Positions 39,741 to 53,764 of a stretch of DNA of 64,000 nt are shown here, piece after piece. Made by a program: the position numbers and the translations under genes. The notes below the pieces were generated by a model. It ran no database searches, had not been told where the DNA came from, and was given only the letters and a program-made list of their open reading frames with translations. The stretch is from Octopus bimaculoides. Its lineage: Eukaryota. Each line of letters starts with the position of its first letter. Within the stretch, counting starts at the first letter, position 1. Location of the stretch: positions 80,340,959 through 80,404,958 of the forward strand of contig NC_068991.1 of the NCBI RefSeq assembly GCF_001194135.2, written 5' to 3'.

Positions 39741-41072
39741 GTAAGCTTCTTTTCCATTACATTTCCATCTGCATATCCATGTTGTTGTTTAACCTCCGAG
39801 TCAGTCCTTGCCCCAAAAGATCTATATTTAGATGTATTTCAGCCATGGGGATACCGTCTTTTATCAGACAAATTATATCTAAAAACCACGATATCCGATG
39901 TGCGTATCTTGTCATTTGAAGGAGGAGGTATTTGGCTGTTGTTTCCAACTCAATGCCTGCGATGAGACTTTCTGAGCATAGTTGAGGTTGTTTCTTTAGC
40001 ACCGGGTCGACTCTGATCCAGCAGATCTATGATCAAAGACGTTGCATCTATGACCATCGCTTATTTTTGGATAACAAGAATTACTTTGGGGAATGAGAGA
40101 GTTTTGATTGAGCAAGATCGCAAATACGTAACTATTCCAAGATGATTGCTACAAAAACTAAAGCAGAACCAAGGAAACGTCCACTAAACACTAATTTATA
40201 TTCCAAATAAATAAATCAGTGTGCCAAACATTATTTCTAATTATTACCTATAAGATGGGAGATCTTGGCTACCTGTTTCCAGTCATTGGAATACGACTTA
40301 TCTTCTAAAAAGCCGATCACAGGTCTTGCATATTCAGGGGATACTTTTGTTACCAAGGAAAAAATTGTTACACAGCTTCGTTTTCTTTTTTTTGTTTTTG
40401 TTTTTTTTCAATTATGCGGGATATTGGTGCATCGACTTGTTACACAAAAGCTAGCTAAAATTGTTTTTAATGTAATGTTTGAGGTATGTGATTCAAAAAC
40501 ATCTACACCATCTCGGATGAAGTTTGATATCATTTGTCATAATGATTCTATTATTATATTATTAAATTGCTGGACCGGCATTTATGAGGTATAAATCGAT
40601 GTTGGACGACTGCTTTATTTGCAGATAGAGTAGGAGCGGAAGGAAATAGGATCTAGAAAATTTTCATTACCTTTTAAGCAGGTTACAGGGATCAATAAAA
40701 TTGACAATGGAATAGCGTATAAAGGAACCGCCTTTTTAGGAAGACATTCTGGATATCAAACAAGAGGGTAATATTAAAAGAGGTGGGCGAATTGCCCCTG
40801 TTATTCAAAAGGCCTAGCATTCCACGTCCAATGTCACACTGACTTTGTCTGAGGATTACGTTAAAGGTATTACATGCCAGTGGAATATTCAGTCATTCAT
40901 AACGTCCTTTCAAAGAACAGAGAATTCAGTTGATTGAAGAACTGAGTCGTAATAGTCGAAAAGGATGGAGATTCATCCGGATATGGATGTTGACAGAGAT
41001 AGATAAATAGATAGACAGACACACAGACACACAGACACACAGACAGACAGACAGACAGATAGACAGATAGAC

Positions 41073-41145
<73 letters not shown>

Positions 41146-41189
41146 CACACACATGCACACATATATCATCATCATCATCATCATCATTT

Positions 41190-41540
41190 AGTGTCCGTTT
41201 TCCATGCTGGCATGGGTTGGACGGTTTGACTGAAAACTGGTAAGCCGGGGAGCTGCACAAGGTTCCGATCTGATTTGGCATGGTTTCTATAGCCCCGCGC
41301 CATTCCTAACGCCAATCACTCCAAGAATGTAGTGGTGCTTTTTATGTGCCACCGCCACTGGTGCCAGTTACGTAACACCGGCATCGACCACGATTACGAA
41401 CTCATTTGGTTTGACAGGTCTTCTCAAGTACGGTCTATCGTCAAAGGTCTCGGTTACCTGTCACTGCTTCTGTGAGGCCCAATCTTCGAAGAGGGCTTTT
41501 CATGTGCTACTGGCATGAGTACCAGTTACGTGACACTGGC
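41190..41540 (-). mobile_element. RTE-type LINE/SINE 3' end with (GAT)n tail
   Basis: Minus strand ends ccatgccagcatggaaaacggacactaaatgatgatgatg. Confidence 0.6.
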
Positions 41541-41549
41541 ATATATATA

Positions 41550-42349
41550 GGGTGCGTAATGTATTTAAGGACATACTTTGGGGGGTTCATTGCTGCATTT
41601 CTTGCTAACTCTGTATAATCTTTGTTTCAGAAAATAATAATGGTAGACCCTCAGCTTACTCAAGAAATGAAGAGGCATACTTTTATTGTGGTTATAAAGG
41701 CTGAGCACAGTGATTTAGGAATATCTCGATTTTAAAAGTCAAATGGTTAACTGAACAAATGACAGATGGTTATGTGCAGAGCCTTCTGAAGTGTTACGCA
41801 TACAAAATTTCCTGCAACTGTCATGGTTTTAGGAGTTGTCAGCATTGAAGGACATGTGATGCCTCCTTACTTCTCTGCCGCCTACATTGAATTCCTGGAA
41901 ATAATTGTTAAACCCTGGATAGACAGTGTATGCAATGGAAGGCCATATGTGTTTCAATAAGACTCTGCACTATCACACATTCCTAGTAACACAGGAATGG
42001 ATGATTGAAAATTTTCATGTTCACATAACATTTGGCCTCCTGATTCCCCAGATCGCAATCTATTGGACTATTACATGTGGAGCGTTGTTGAGAGAGATGC
42101 CAATGAACACGTCGCTCATAACGCCAAAGATTCTTTGAAAGCTGCCATAGTCAGAGTAGAGTCCAAAATGAAACTGGACCACTTGATTCAAGCATGGAGA
42201 TGATTTAAATCTCATACAGAAGCAGTTGTTGAAACTGAAGGTGGCTTTATTGAATAACATTATAGAAGAGAAGGTTTATTTTTATCCTCAAAGCATTTTT
42301 TGTGTTTTTATAAACATAAATCTGTCGTCAAATATCTTACGCATCATAA

Positions 42350-42351
<2 letters not shown>
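41550..42351 (+). mobile_element. Internally deleted maT/DD37D-like transposon
   Basis: Remnants VMVLGVVS.EGHVMPP, KPWIDSVCNGRPYVFQ, SPDRNLLDYYMWSVVE; degenerate TIRs within TA runs. Confidence 0.8.
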
Positions 42352-42393
<42 letters not shown>

Positions 42394-43216
42394 GGTTATG
42401 AGCGATGGTGTCTTTTAGACCCAGAGGTTTCAGGTAATGGTGGGTAAGTACTATGGATAGACCATAGTTAAGCTCCAGGTTCGGTGACTATGCGAATAAG
42501 GGGTCCAACGTAGGTCCCCAGAATTCCACCCACAAGGTATTGATGAGCCCAATCTATGGTACACTTGCTCCTGTTGCCCTGATGTGGGATTGAGTCCAGA
42601 ATCACGTTGTTGCAAAGAGCAACCTTCTTAACCACACTTCACCAATAGACGGATACTTTGTTTGATGCGTCTTCTTTGCATCCGTTTCCCAACATTAAAC
42701 AATCCCACTCGACACCATTTTTCAAGAGACATTACACTCGCAAAAAAAAACTAGATTCTTGATATGCAAATTGGAACATCAGAAATAATTGTAGGAAAAA
42801 AGTGAAGAAAAATAGTCATACATTTGTATTTGTTTGAATTTATCTAAGGCAGTTAAATCTCATTGCTTGTGTAAGACTTCTATAATCTGAATATCTTAGA
42901 ACCAGAAGTCTTTTCAACCGCACACAATATCAATTGTTTTCATAGAAGCAAGTTAGAACCAGCTGAATCAACCTAAGTGTATTACAGGCCTTGGTGTTGG
43001 AAGACCATGAGTTGTAATATGGATGTGCTTTCAGAACATAGCCGGGTATTAAAATATTTATAATGCATTTAGCTTCTTTACATTTTTGCAAACTAATCTG
43101 TTTTCTTTTCTGTATTTATAAAATCGAACAATTAGTTTCTTTTATTCCCTTCAACGTTTGTCATGAAATTCGATCTGCAGTATTTCATTCTTTTTTCTTT
43201 ATTTTTGTTTGTCTAA

Positions 43217-43405
<189 letters not shown>

Positions 43406-45204
43406 TGAATACTTCAAACGGTTACAATTTCTTTTTCTCTATCTTTATTCTTTATCTCAGGTATTTATTTTTCTCAGAGATTGTAATCTACGTTCTCAGT
43501 TTCATCCCCAGGGTAAAACAGAAACCAAGCAATTGTCAATATTTCTCCTTCTCATAAAAGATCATTATATTTCGCATTTCTTCAACTCATAACAGAACAA
43601 GAACAATTTTAAATGTTATATTCTTCAACTGCCTTTAAAAATAATTACCTTTTTTCTTTATTATCATTATTATTATTATTATTAGTAGTAGTAGTAGTAG
43701 TAGTGTGTATGTCTGACTACGTGTTTTTGTGTATTTGAGTTTCTGCCTTCTGTTCCAGATTTGTATAAATAAACATAAAATATGCCGGCAGAAATCTGTA
43801 AGAAAAAATATTTATTGAAACCTGGCAAAAAAGATATAAATAAAGCAAATAAATAAACACTGTCAAGCTTAGCTTAATTTCCGTGTGAAGTGGAATATGT
43901 ATGTCTGGCTTGGAGGGGAATCACAAACGACTTCGATGTTATTAAGCATAGGAAAGCAAAACAAAGAGAAGTCAAGTGCGTGTTTCATAAAATAAACTTT
44001 GTGAAAATGAAATAAAATCAATTTTGATATTTTAATTATTTTTCATTATATTAGAACAGTTTGTGTGCATCGCAGGAAGAGACAGTCAAAGTCGATGCAT
44101 TAGCCTTGATGCATTGTGACATTTAATTGCATATCTTTGTTTAAACTTCAAACCCTGGTGACGTCTGTAAAGTTTTGGTGGTGAGAAGAGACAGCTTAAT
44201 TATCTAGCGTTCAAACGGCTGAATATTCCACAGATACGTGTACTCTTCATGTAAATCTCGAGCAGAATTAGCGTAACATAGTGACACGACTGGACCTCTG
44301 ATTTACGAGCACAATTAATTTTTAATGCTTCCACGTAGTTTCCATCAACCCAGTTTCATACACAAGGCCTGGGTTGACCCGATACCGTAATAAAAAACGC
44401 TTTGCCAAAATGCCATGCAGTGGAGTCTCGCCTGTTCAATGTAAAGAGGAGGAAGAGGAGGACTGAATTAACCAATCAACCATGTTGTTTCAAAAAGCAA
44501 GCACCAATCAATTCGATCAACTGTATCCCTACAACTCTACCAAACTTAAAATTACTACCAGCACCATTAGTTGAACTCTTCTGAGCTGAACTCGTGGCAA
44601 GGTTATCGTTGCCTTTCACCTCTCTGGAATCAATAAATCAAAGTGTCAGTCAAATACTAAGGCCGAATAGCCTCCGACTCCCGAATTCAAGGCCCTTGTC
44701 AGCTTATAAGATCACCGTAGAAATCAAACGCTGCTATCATAAATGGTAAAGGTGTATAATTGTTTGAATAAAACTGTAGAGATAGGTTTGATGTCAGGTT
44801 TTGTACTATAAAAATTATGGTACAAAATAATGTGAGACAATCTGAATTAATATGACAATTGATAGAACACAGGAACAGTTTAAGCAAGCAATCTGTAATT
44901 TATTTCGTTAAAACAAAATATTTTGAGTGACTTCTTGCCATTTATTAGGAAGCTTTTTCATTCCTCTCGATACGAAGAAGCTTTCTACATATGTTCTTAT
45001 CTGATCTTCTTGAGAAAAATGTTTCCCCATCAGAGTATTGTGTAGAGAGCAAAAAAGATGGAAATCAGATGGAGCAAGGTCTGGTGAAGAGGGTGGATGA
45101 GTAGAACAGGCCAGCCCAAATCCAATATTTTTTCTTAAATTAGAAGTTTACGGACAGGTCAAATATTGTTCAGAAAATGCCGGTTTGGTTTCTTTCCTAT
45201 GAAA

Positions 45205-45510
45205 ACAACCCAGCCTGGCACTCCGTCGGTTATGACGATGAATGTTACAGTTGATTCGATCAACCGAACGACCTGATCCTGAAATTAACGTGCAAATGGC
45301 TGAGTACTCCACAGACACACTTTAACGTAAGTTCTCAGAGAGGTTTAGCCCTTTGAATTACAGGTACAACGCATTTTTGCAAGCTGTGTTGACTGAAGCG
45401 ACGTGAAATAAAGTGTCTTGCTCAAGGACACAACGCACTGCCGGAAATCGCAATCACGACCTTACGTTCGTGAGCCGGATGGTTCGACGCACTCAGCAAC
45501 CTACCTTCGC
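45205..45510 (-). mobile_element. SINE family C. Related pieces at ~37623-37860(+), 51685-51850(+), 39340-39520(+), 44190-44340.
   Basis: tRNA-like head followed by gcgttgtgtccttgagcaagacacttt; shared core acgttaatttcacgag...tcaactggaac. Confidence 0.7.
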
Positions 45511-45637
45511 GACGAAAAGAGTTGGTTCGAAATGTTGTGCGAGCTTAATCATATTTAGGAATGTGTATTTATTAGGGGAAAAGGAAGAAAAGTGTCGAAT
45601 GAAAGAAATATATATTATAAAGATAAAGATAAACTGT

Positions 45638-45704
<67 letters not shown>

Positions 45705-46537
45705 CGTGTGTGTGTGTGTGCGTGCGTGTGTGTGGTGAGAGAGAGAGAGAGAGAGAGAGTATCTCTGTTGAGAATTAAAGGCAGATAGTCAATAGGTGAC
45801 AACAAATCAATAAAGATCGAAACTTTTCCAGCTGAGTCCATTTTGTTTTTCTGTTTACGAAGAGAGTTTATGATAGTTATTTTCGTCTATCCAGTGTATT
45901 TAATTCAGTTTAATTTACACGCACAATATTGGTTGGATTCTGTAGAATCATTCAGGAGCACAACGCCATCATCTATGTATGTGTTTAAGCGCGCACTCGT
46001 GCATGTATGTGTGTGTGTGTGTCTGTATGTTTGTGTCTGTATGTATGTTGGCTATATTTTTCTGATTAATATATTGCTAATGTAGTTGTCTCCATTCCGG
46101 AATACAATTTACAAACTCTTTCCAGTCATTGCAAAATTTGTCACAGTGAATAATTAATATTTGTTTCTGTTTGAGAAAGAAACGGAAGTTGTGTGCATGT
46201 GTGTGTACTTGTTAGTGCATGTTTGTGTATGTGTATGCGTGTATGTGTGTGTAAATATGTGCATGTGTGTGTGTGATTAATGGATTAATTGATTATTGTT
46301 CTCCATTGTAATCCTAATCAATGTATTTCTATAATTTATGGTTATCACTTCATTACTTTTGCAAACTTCGTTTCAATTTTCAAAATTTTGTTCATGGATA
46401 TATCATTAAACTAACAGAAAAAATTGATTATTTTAACAATTTCTAGAAATTTTATGTTGTTCTATATTTATTTCTCATTATTTTCTTTCTTTTTATATAT
46501 ATATATTTTATTTTGTCTCTTTTGTTTTCACTTTCAG

Positions 46538-46610
46538 TGATAAATTATTCCCAACACTTGGATTTGGAGCTAGACTCCCAGATGGCAGCGTATCTCATGA
46601 ATTTGCTCTG
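46538..46610 (+). CDS. CPNE8: Copine exon, vWA (S-DKLFPTLGFGARLPDGSVSHEFAL), phase 2->0
   Basis: ctttcag acceptor, gtatgt donor, 73 bp, FP.LGFGA.LP motif. Confidence 0.96.
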
Positions 46611-47070
46611 GTATGTCATTTGTCAATTCTCCTGCATGCTGTTCACTATAACATTTATCATGAATTTCGTTGTCTTGCTTACTTTTACTGTTAAATTTGG
46701 ATAAGCATTTTGTTTTAACGAAATAAATTACAGATTGTTTGTGTAAACTGTTCCTGTGTTCTATCAATTGTCATATTAATTCACAATGTCTCACATTATT
46801 TTTTGCCATAATTTTTATTTATTACCTAACATCAAACCTATCTCTACAGTTTTATTCAAACAATTATTGAGAATGCAAATAATCATTATATTAACGTTCA
46901 CTAACAACAAATAACTGAAAAAAGAAAAGGTATGGGTAGTTGAATGGAAGGGTGCATCTATGTATTTGAATTCGTTTGTACGTCGATGCAAATTCAGATA
47001 TCAGGCAGATGTGTGTTGGTTCTATGCAACAAATATGGGTTTTAAAGAATGGTCAGTTTATAGATTTATA

Positions 47071-47284
47071 TACGAAGGGGTGCAGAAAAGTTCCTGGCTT
47101 TAGGGGCGTCGCGAAAGGCCTGGTCGGGAGCTCACCGAGTTCTTTTACAGGGTTTAGAAAAATTGAAGAACCGCTGCAATAATTGTGTGAATCTGGGAGG
47201 GGGATAACTTGAATAAAATCATAATTAACTGATCCGCTTTTATTTTCTTTTACCCAAAGCCAGAAATTTTTCAGCACCCCGTCC
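47071..47284. mobile_element. Mariner-derived MITE, ~210 bp
   Basis: TIRs gggtgcagaaaagttcctggcttt / aaagccagaaatttttcagcaccc; TA flank; no ORF. Confidence 0.8.
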
Positions 47285-48624
47285 TATAACATCCATCATT
47301 AAGGGAAATACTAGACGTTGTGAACTTCATTCACTTATTGTTAAGCTGATAATCTATTTGTTACGATACTCTAGTATGCTGCTGTTAGCGGATCTTTGTC
47401 ATTTACATGACACATTCACACACACACACACATCGTAATGTCTTTTTTCTTTTGTTTGATTATTTCGATAATGATGTACCACTATTTTCCTTTCTGACGA
47501 CAAATACGTCATTTGCAAATAGCGGAGCTAATTAAATAAATAATTCCATTCCTCACAAGTAAGGTTACTGTTTCAACTTTGCTGCAATTTTGTTCTCATG
47601 TTGAATAAAATGACAGATTGATAGCAAATAAAACAAAAAGAAAACAGCTATGAACTGATTCATTGCAAACAACCAAAGATATTATATTCCGCTCAGAAAC
47701 AATAAAAGTATATATGAGAGGTCTATATCATATTACTATATTCGCTGTTACAATTCTAGTTTTGTTTGTTTGTTTTTGTTTTTTGCTTTTGATAAATGTT
47801 TGCTCTTTTATTTTCTGCTTATCATTGTGTAAGATAGATAATTCAGCTTGACATTTTCCCAATGGAGAAATGACTGGAATATAGAAAACGAGTTGCTATT
47901 TTAGCTACAATCTTATACTACAGCCAGTTGTAGTTGAGTATATCAATATAATCCCAGATGTCGTTGATTAAAAACAGAACATTCGATTTGTGTTTATCGT
48001 CGTAGCATATTGTCTTAAAATGGAGAAATTAAAGCGAGTGGCCAAAATGGTTTAAAGATGTCTACTCTGAATAATCCAAAGAAATATAACGACTCTCACC
48101 TTGTTGGCTTCAAATCGAATCCTTTACGTGTCGAGTTTTAGTATAAATGACTAAATATTACAAGCTGTAATAAGTGACGCTTTTTTGCAACATCAATCGC
48201 ATCGCTAACATTTTAATGTCCATCTTTCGACGCTGGCATGATTTCTACGACCACTAATCCTGAACTTTCTTCGGCTCTTCTGGATATCCAAGCGCTTTCC
48301 TACGTCTCTTTCTCATTACGTTTGCCTAAATTTTGTTAGGTTACTTTCTTCTTCGGTAATCTTCAACTGGGGGTGAAGAAATTAAGTTTAAATAACTATG
48401 TGTTGTGAGAGAGACAGAGAAAGAGGGAGAGAAAGAAAGAAAAGTACTATCACAGTAATCTAATCTTAAGGATTTAACAAATGCTGAATCTAATTGATTA
48501 GACGACTCTATCTTTCATGCCAGGCGCTGAAAGCTCGGTGATCAAATAAATTATGTTAATGTACGACCAACGCTCCGCTATCCTCTATATAATGTCAGAT
48601 TTAGCTTAATCATATTTTCAGTTT

Positions 48625-49100
48625 CCATAAATTATTGCTCACTGCTGTCTCTCAGCCAAACATGTGGTCTTCAGTCCGGTCTCACTGTGTGGCATCTTCG
48701 AGAAGTGTCTTCAACTATAGCTCCGGACCGATCAAAGCCCTGCGAGTGAATTTGGTAAACAGAAAACCCATACAAATATGTGCGTGCGTGCATGCGCATG
48801 TGTGTGTATGTGTGTGTGTGTGCGTGCGCATGTGTGCGTGTGTGTGTGTGTGTATATATTTATAAATGTTTATATGTGTACGTGTGTGCGTACCTTTGTA
48901 TTTGTGTTGCATTCGTACCTGCCACCGCTTGATAACCAATGTTGATTTGTATTACGCCCCCATAAGGTAGAAGTTCGGCAAAAGGAACCGATAGCACACG
49001 AAACCAATAAAAACAAGTACTGAGATCGATTTGTTTGACGAAACCCTTTCAAGCGGTGCTCCAGCTTGGCTGCAGTTCCGTAAAAAAAAAACAAGTAAAA
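48625..49100 (+). mobile_element. SINE family B with internal (GT)n. Other copies at ~53025-53420(+), 51922-52365(-), 765-935(+), 30060-30260(+), 12730-12870(+).
   Basis: tRNA-like head (gttcagtccc-type B box) and shared 3' body gcttgacaaccgatgttgg...gcggtgctccagcatggccgcag. Confidence 0.85.
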
Positions 49101-50547
49101 AATAAAAGATTAATATAAAATTCCTCTTCACGTTTTTGTGTTTCTAGATTTAAACAGCTTCAATGTGTTTTTTGTGTGATTTACTTTTTCTAACGATGCC
49201 CCTTCCTTTTCCTTTCTAACAACAAATATCCCATTAGCAAAGAGCAGGGCCAATTAAATGCACAGATCCATTCTTCAGAAGTAAGGTTGATGTTTTAACT
49301 TTGCAGTAAATTCCTTCTCATGTTTAATAAAATGACATTTTCATAGCAGAAATAAGCACTAAATTTATTTATTGCAAACAAGGCAAAGATATATTATTAT
49401 TATATTCTATCCAGAAACAATAAAAGAATATGTGACAGGCTTTATTATAACACTACATCCGCTTAACTGTGAATGTAATGTTATAACTTGTTTGTTTTGA
49501 TATTTCTATTAACTAAACGTTTTCTCCATTATATTCTGCTTGACTGAAGCAAGTAAAAGAATATGTATNNNNNNNNNNNNNNNNNNNNNNNNNNNNNNNN
49601 NNNNNNNNNNNNNNNNNNNNNNNNNNNNNNNNNNNNNNNNNNNNNNNNNNNNNNNNNNNNNNNNNNNNNNNNNNNNNNNNNNNNNNNNNNNNNNNNNNNN
49701 NNNNNNNNNNNNNNNNNNNNNNNNNNNNNNNNNNNNNNNNNNNNNNNNNNNNNNNNGCTTGTCGCTAATTCAGTTCTTAACCAAATTGAAAACTGTTAAC
49801 ATTTTTTAAGTGGTCCCTAGATACATTTTGGCATTAAAAAAAATTGAGATTTGGTCCAGTAGAAGAAAGTTTACATCAAAATTTGTAGCAACATTACAGG
49901 AGAGCAAGAAAAGCCTCCAATCAAGTTTAGATCTAAATAACTTTTTTTTAATTTTAAAAGCAAAATATATTTATCTTAGCTTCAATGATAGAAGAAAGCA
50001 TGAGGAATTTCAGAGTTTTGGTTCCCTGCAACAAAAGTTTGTTTTTAAAAAAGTTATGAGGTAAAATATTTTTTAAAAATATAAGGCAAAAAATTGGTTT
50101 TAAGTATAATTAGCTTTTTTTATTTTAAAAACAAAATATATTTTGATTAAGATTAAATGATAGAGCTCAATTTGGGGAATTCAATGGTATTTATCTAATG
50201 CAATGAAGTTTTAAAAGAAAAAAGTTATGTGTTTGTTTCTCAATGGTTATAGTTCTATAGGGGGATTTTTAATATGTCACCGGTATCATTTGGGATAAGA
50301 AAAAAATTATCAACGACACCGCTAATTGACACATTTGACTCATTATTAATTAGCATAATAGCATAGCCTGGAAAAAACATGGGTTAATGGGGAAATGCGA
50401 GCAAGAGAAATAATATAAACTTGGAAAGTCCAGCACAATTTATTACACTTGGACAAGTTATTATATCTGGTAAAATACAGAAGAACAGGAAATGTTTACT
50501 TAAAATATTGCAGCTAAGGATATTATTTCTCTTGCTCGCATTTTTCC

Positions 50548-50582
<35 letters not shown>

Positions 50583-50791
50583 ATCGATCCCAAAAGAACG
50601 TTGTCGACTTCGGGGAAACTTGAACACAGAACGTGAAAAGCGCGTGACAAAATGCCGAAAAGCAGTTTGTCTGATGCGCTACCGATTCTGCCAGCGTTGT
50701 CATTAATCGTATATTACAATAATGGAATTTTTGAGATTGAATCTGTTTGTATGTTGTGGTAAGAAGTGGTACTAATATTCCAATACCGACT

Positions 50792-51005
50792 AAGGCGGTG
50801 AACTGGTAGAATCGTGACCGCACCGAACGAAATGCTGAGCAGCATTTCGTCCGTCTTTACGTTCTGAGTTCAAATTCCACCGATGTCGACTTTGCCTTTC
50901 ATCCTTTCGGGTCGATAACATAAGTACCAGTTGAGCACTGGGCTCGATGTAATCGGCTAACTCCTTATCTCGAAATTACTGGCCTTGTGCCAAAATTTGA
51001 AACCA
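50792..51005 (+). mobile_element. SINE family A, full copy with apparent 16-bp TSD. Other copies at ~19164-19376(+), 27495-27725(-), 33321-33450(+), 55380-55705 (two copies), and 63470-64000 (three on -).
   Basis: Shared consensus aaggcgg.gagctggcagaa...ttctgagttcaaattccgccgaggtcgactttgcctttcatcctttcggggtcgataa; flanks aatattccaataccga / aatatttcaataccga. Confidence 0.88.
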
Positions 51006-51498
51006 ATATTTCAATACCGAGCTCTTGCTTGAGAGAGTACATTTTTGCTCACTGCTTATGAAGTTTATCCTTTAGAACTCATAGAATTTAATAATTAATT
51101 CTTATCAACACAAACCATCATCAGCTCCCTGAGTCTATGGTCCTTTTCTTTCTGTTTTTGTTTCGTTTTTTTTTTTTTTAATATACTTCTAAAAAACCTA
51201 AAACCAAAGCATACAGTTTCGTGACAGAATCGCTAAAGCATCGGGAAAAATTGCCTGACCGTATAGATTCTGAGTTCATATTCTGCCAACGCCAACTTTG
51301 CTCTTCGTCTCCCACTCCATGATCGATTAAATAAAAGACCAGGGAAATTCTGGAGTCGATAGTATCGACTAATTACCTTCACTATAAATTGCTGGCTTTG
51401 TGCCTAAATCAGAAACCATTGTTTGTAGGAAGGTTATTTTTTTAATGAAATTCCTTAGAAAATAATTAAGAATAAATAATGAAATACATATTTTCCAG

Positions 51499-51626
51499 AA
51501 CTGCAACCCTAACAACCCTTACTGCGCCGGAATTCAAGGCATTCTCCGGGCTTACTATGATTCACTGCAAAGAGTACAGTTATATGGACCGACCAATTTT
51601 TCCCCGGTCATCAACCACGTTGCTAA
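51499..51626 (+). CDS. CPNE8: Copine exon, vWA ([42 protein letters not shown]), phase 0->2
   Basis: ttttccag acceptor, gtaagt donor, 128 bp, LYGPTNF. Confidence 0.96.
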
Positions 51627-52104
51627 GTAAGTAGCTTTATATATCTATTGTATTTACTTTATGCTGGAACTGGTGAAATGAATGTGGCCTAGTGGTGACG
51701 GTGTGGCACTCTCGATCGTATTAATATGGTTTCGATTCTCGAACTGGGCGTTGTGTTCTTGAGCAAAATATTTTAATTCACGTTAATCCAATCCACTCAG
51801 TTATAAATAAGTTCCAGCAATTGTTGTGATGTTAACTCTACGATAGACCGGGTAGGGGTGTGTTGTGTATATATATGTGTGTGTGTATAAGTACATATAT
51901 ATATATATAAATTATCTTTTACTTGCTTCGTCAATAGACTGCAGCCAAGATGAGGCACCATCTTGAAGGGTTTAATCAATCGAATCAGCCCCAGGTTGTA
52001 TTTTTAAAATCCAGTTACGTACTTTATCAGTCTCTTTCGCAGAACCGCTATGTTACGGGGACATAGACTCAGACTAATACCGATTGCCCAGCAGTGGTAC
52101 AAGT

Positions 52105-52188
<84 letters not shown>

Positions 52189-52802
52189 TCACACACATAT
52201 ACACACACAAACACACACGACGGGCTTCTTTAAATTTCCGTCTACCACATTCATTCACAAGGCGTTAAGTGACCCGGAGCTACAGTAACAGATACTTGCC
52301 CAAGGTGCCACGCAGTGCAACTGAACTCGGAACCATGTGGTCGGGAAGCAAACGCTATTACTTCACTTGATTCCAAGTAGTTCTACAGAAATTCTCGTAT
52401 CTTCTCTGCCGATGTACTTGTGTCAGAGAGGCGATGGTGTGGAACAGTGGCTATATAACCGCTACTGCTATCAGTTTAGAAATAAATGTTCCTATTTCGG
52501 ACCCTGTTTGTTACTATGTAGACATCCAGAAATAAGACAACCCTAAGGTTATGAATGAGAAAACCAATGAGACTTTGTGTAAAAGGAAAAACAGTTCAAA
52601 CATTTTATTTCGAAAGATGAGATCAATAGTGTGAAAAACTATAAAAGTATTGTCAATAATTCGTCTCAGACTTTTATTACTCGCAAAGAAGCTTTCGTTT
52701 TCATGCTTTTAATATCTTACCAGAATCGAAAACATAAAATATTTTTGTTCAGTAAGAATTTATGGCCTCTTTTGTTTTGTTTGTTTGTATTTTTAATTTT
52801 AG

Positions 52803-52905
52803 ATTTGCAAGCAATGTTCAAGATGGCTCCCATTATTTTATTCTTCTGATCATCACAGACGGTGTCATAACTGACATGAACCAAACTATCAAATCAATTA
52901 TTCAG
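52803..52905 (+). CDS. CPNE8: Copine exon, vWA (K-FASNVQDGSHYFILLIITDGVITDMNQTIKSIIQ), phase 2->0
   Basis: ttttag acceptor, gtaagt donor, 103 bp, LLIITDG. Confidence 0.96.
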
Positions 52906-53764
52906 GTAAGTCACAAGAACATTTCGATTGATTCAAGGAATTTTCAGTTGCATCACCCAGTTGTTATCAAACACAAATGATACAGACAACAGCAACAACA
53001 GAAACATTCTATTCTGATCATAGACGTGGTTGGGTGTGTTGAGAGCTGGCTTGCCAACCACGTCGACTTCGGTTCAATCTGACTGTGAGACTCTTGGAAC
53101 AAATGTCTTCTATTATAACCCAGGCCAACCAAAGGCTTTTGAGTGGATATTGTCGGCGGAAATTGAAAGAATCCCGTTGTGTTAGTGTGTTAGTGTGTGT
53201 GTGTGTGTGTCTTTGTTTTAGTTTTGTGTTTGTCCTCTATCACCACTTGACAACGAGTGTTGGTTTGTTTACGACCCCAAAACCTAACGATACGGCAAAA
53301 GAGGCCGATACGATAAGTATCAGGCTTTAACAAAGGAGTTGATGTGTTCGACTAGACCCTTCAAGGCGATGACCGAGGGTGGCCACAGTTCAATGACTGA
53401 AACAAATAAAAAAAAAACAAAAGAATAGAAACCTTCAGATGTACAACACAACCATTTCAAAGCACAGCGGCTGCACAAACAATCGATATTATTGATCACT
53501 ATATTACTCTATTGGAATTCTGCTGTGATGTACTGCGTAGATTCGGCTAAACATTTATTGTTTATACCAATAATTGGTTGAGTGGTCAAGAATAAATGAT
53601 TGAGTGGTTTATACCAATAAATGGTTGAGTGGTTAAGAAGTTCGCTTCTCAACTACGTTGTTTCAGGTTCAGTCCCGTTTATATCCTACCACAGGTTCAT
53701 ATATAAATTACGCAGCGGATCTATAATCAATGCGTTCACACGACGTACTTCGCGTGAATACCAA

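Larger units (their letters stand above)
44757..46867. repeat. Inverted repeat pair (44757-44919 and 46708-46867) bracketing a copine exon
   Basis: Arms align by eye at roughly 85-90% over ~160 bp. Confidence 0.9.
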
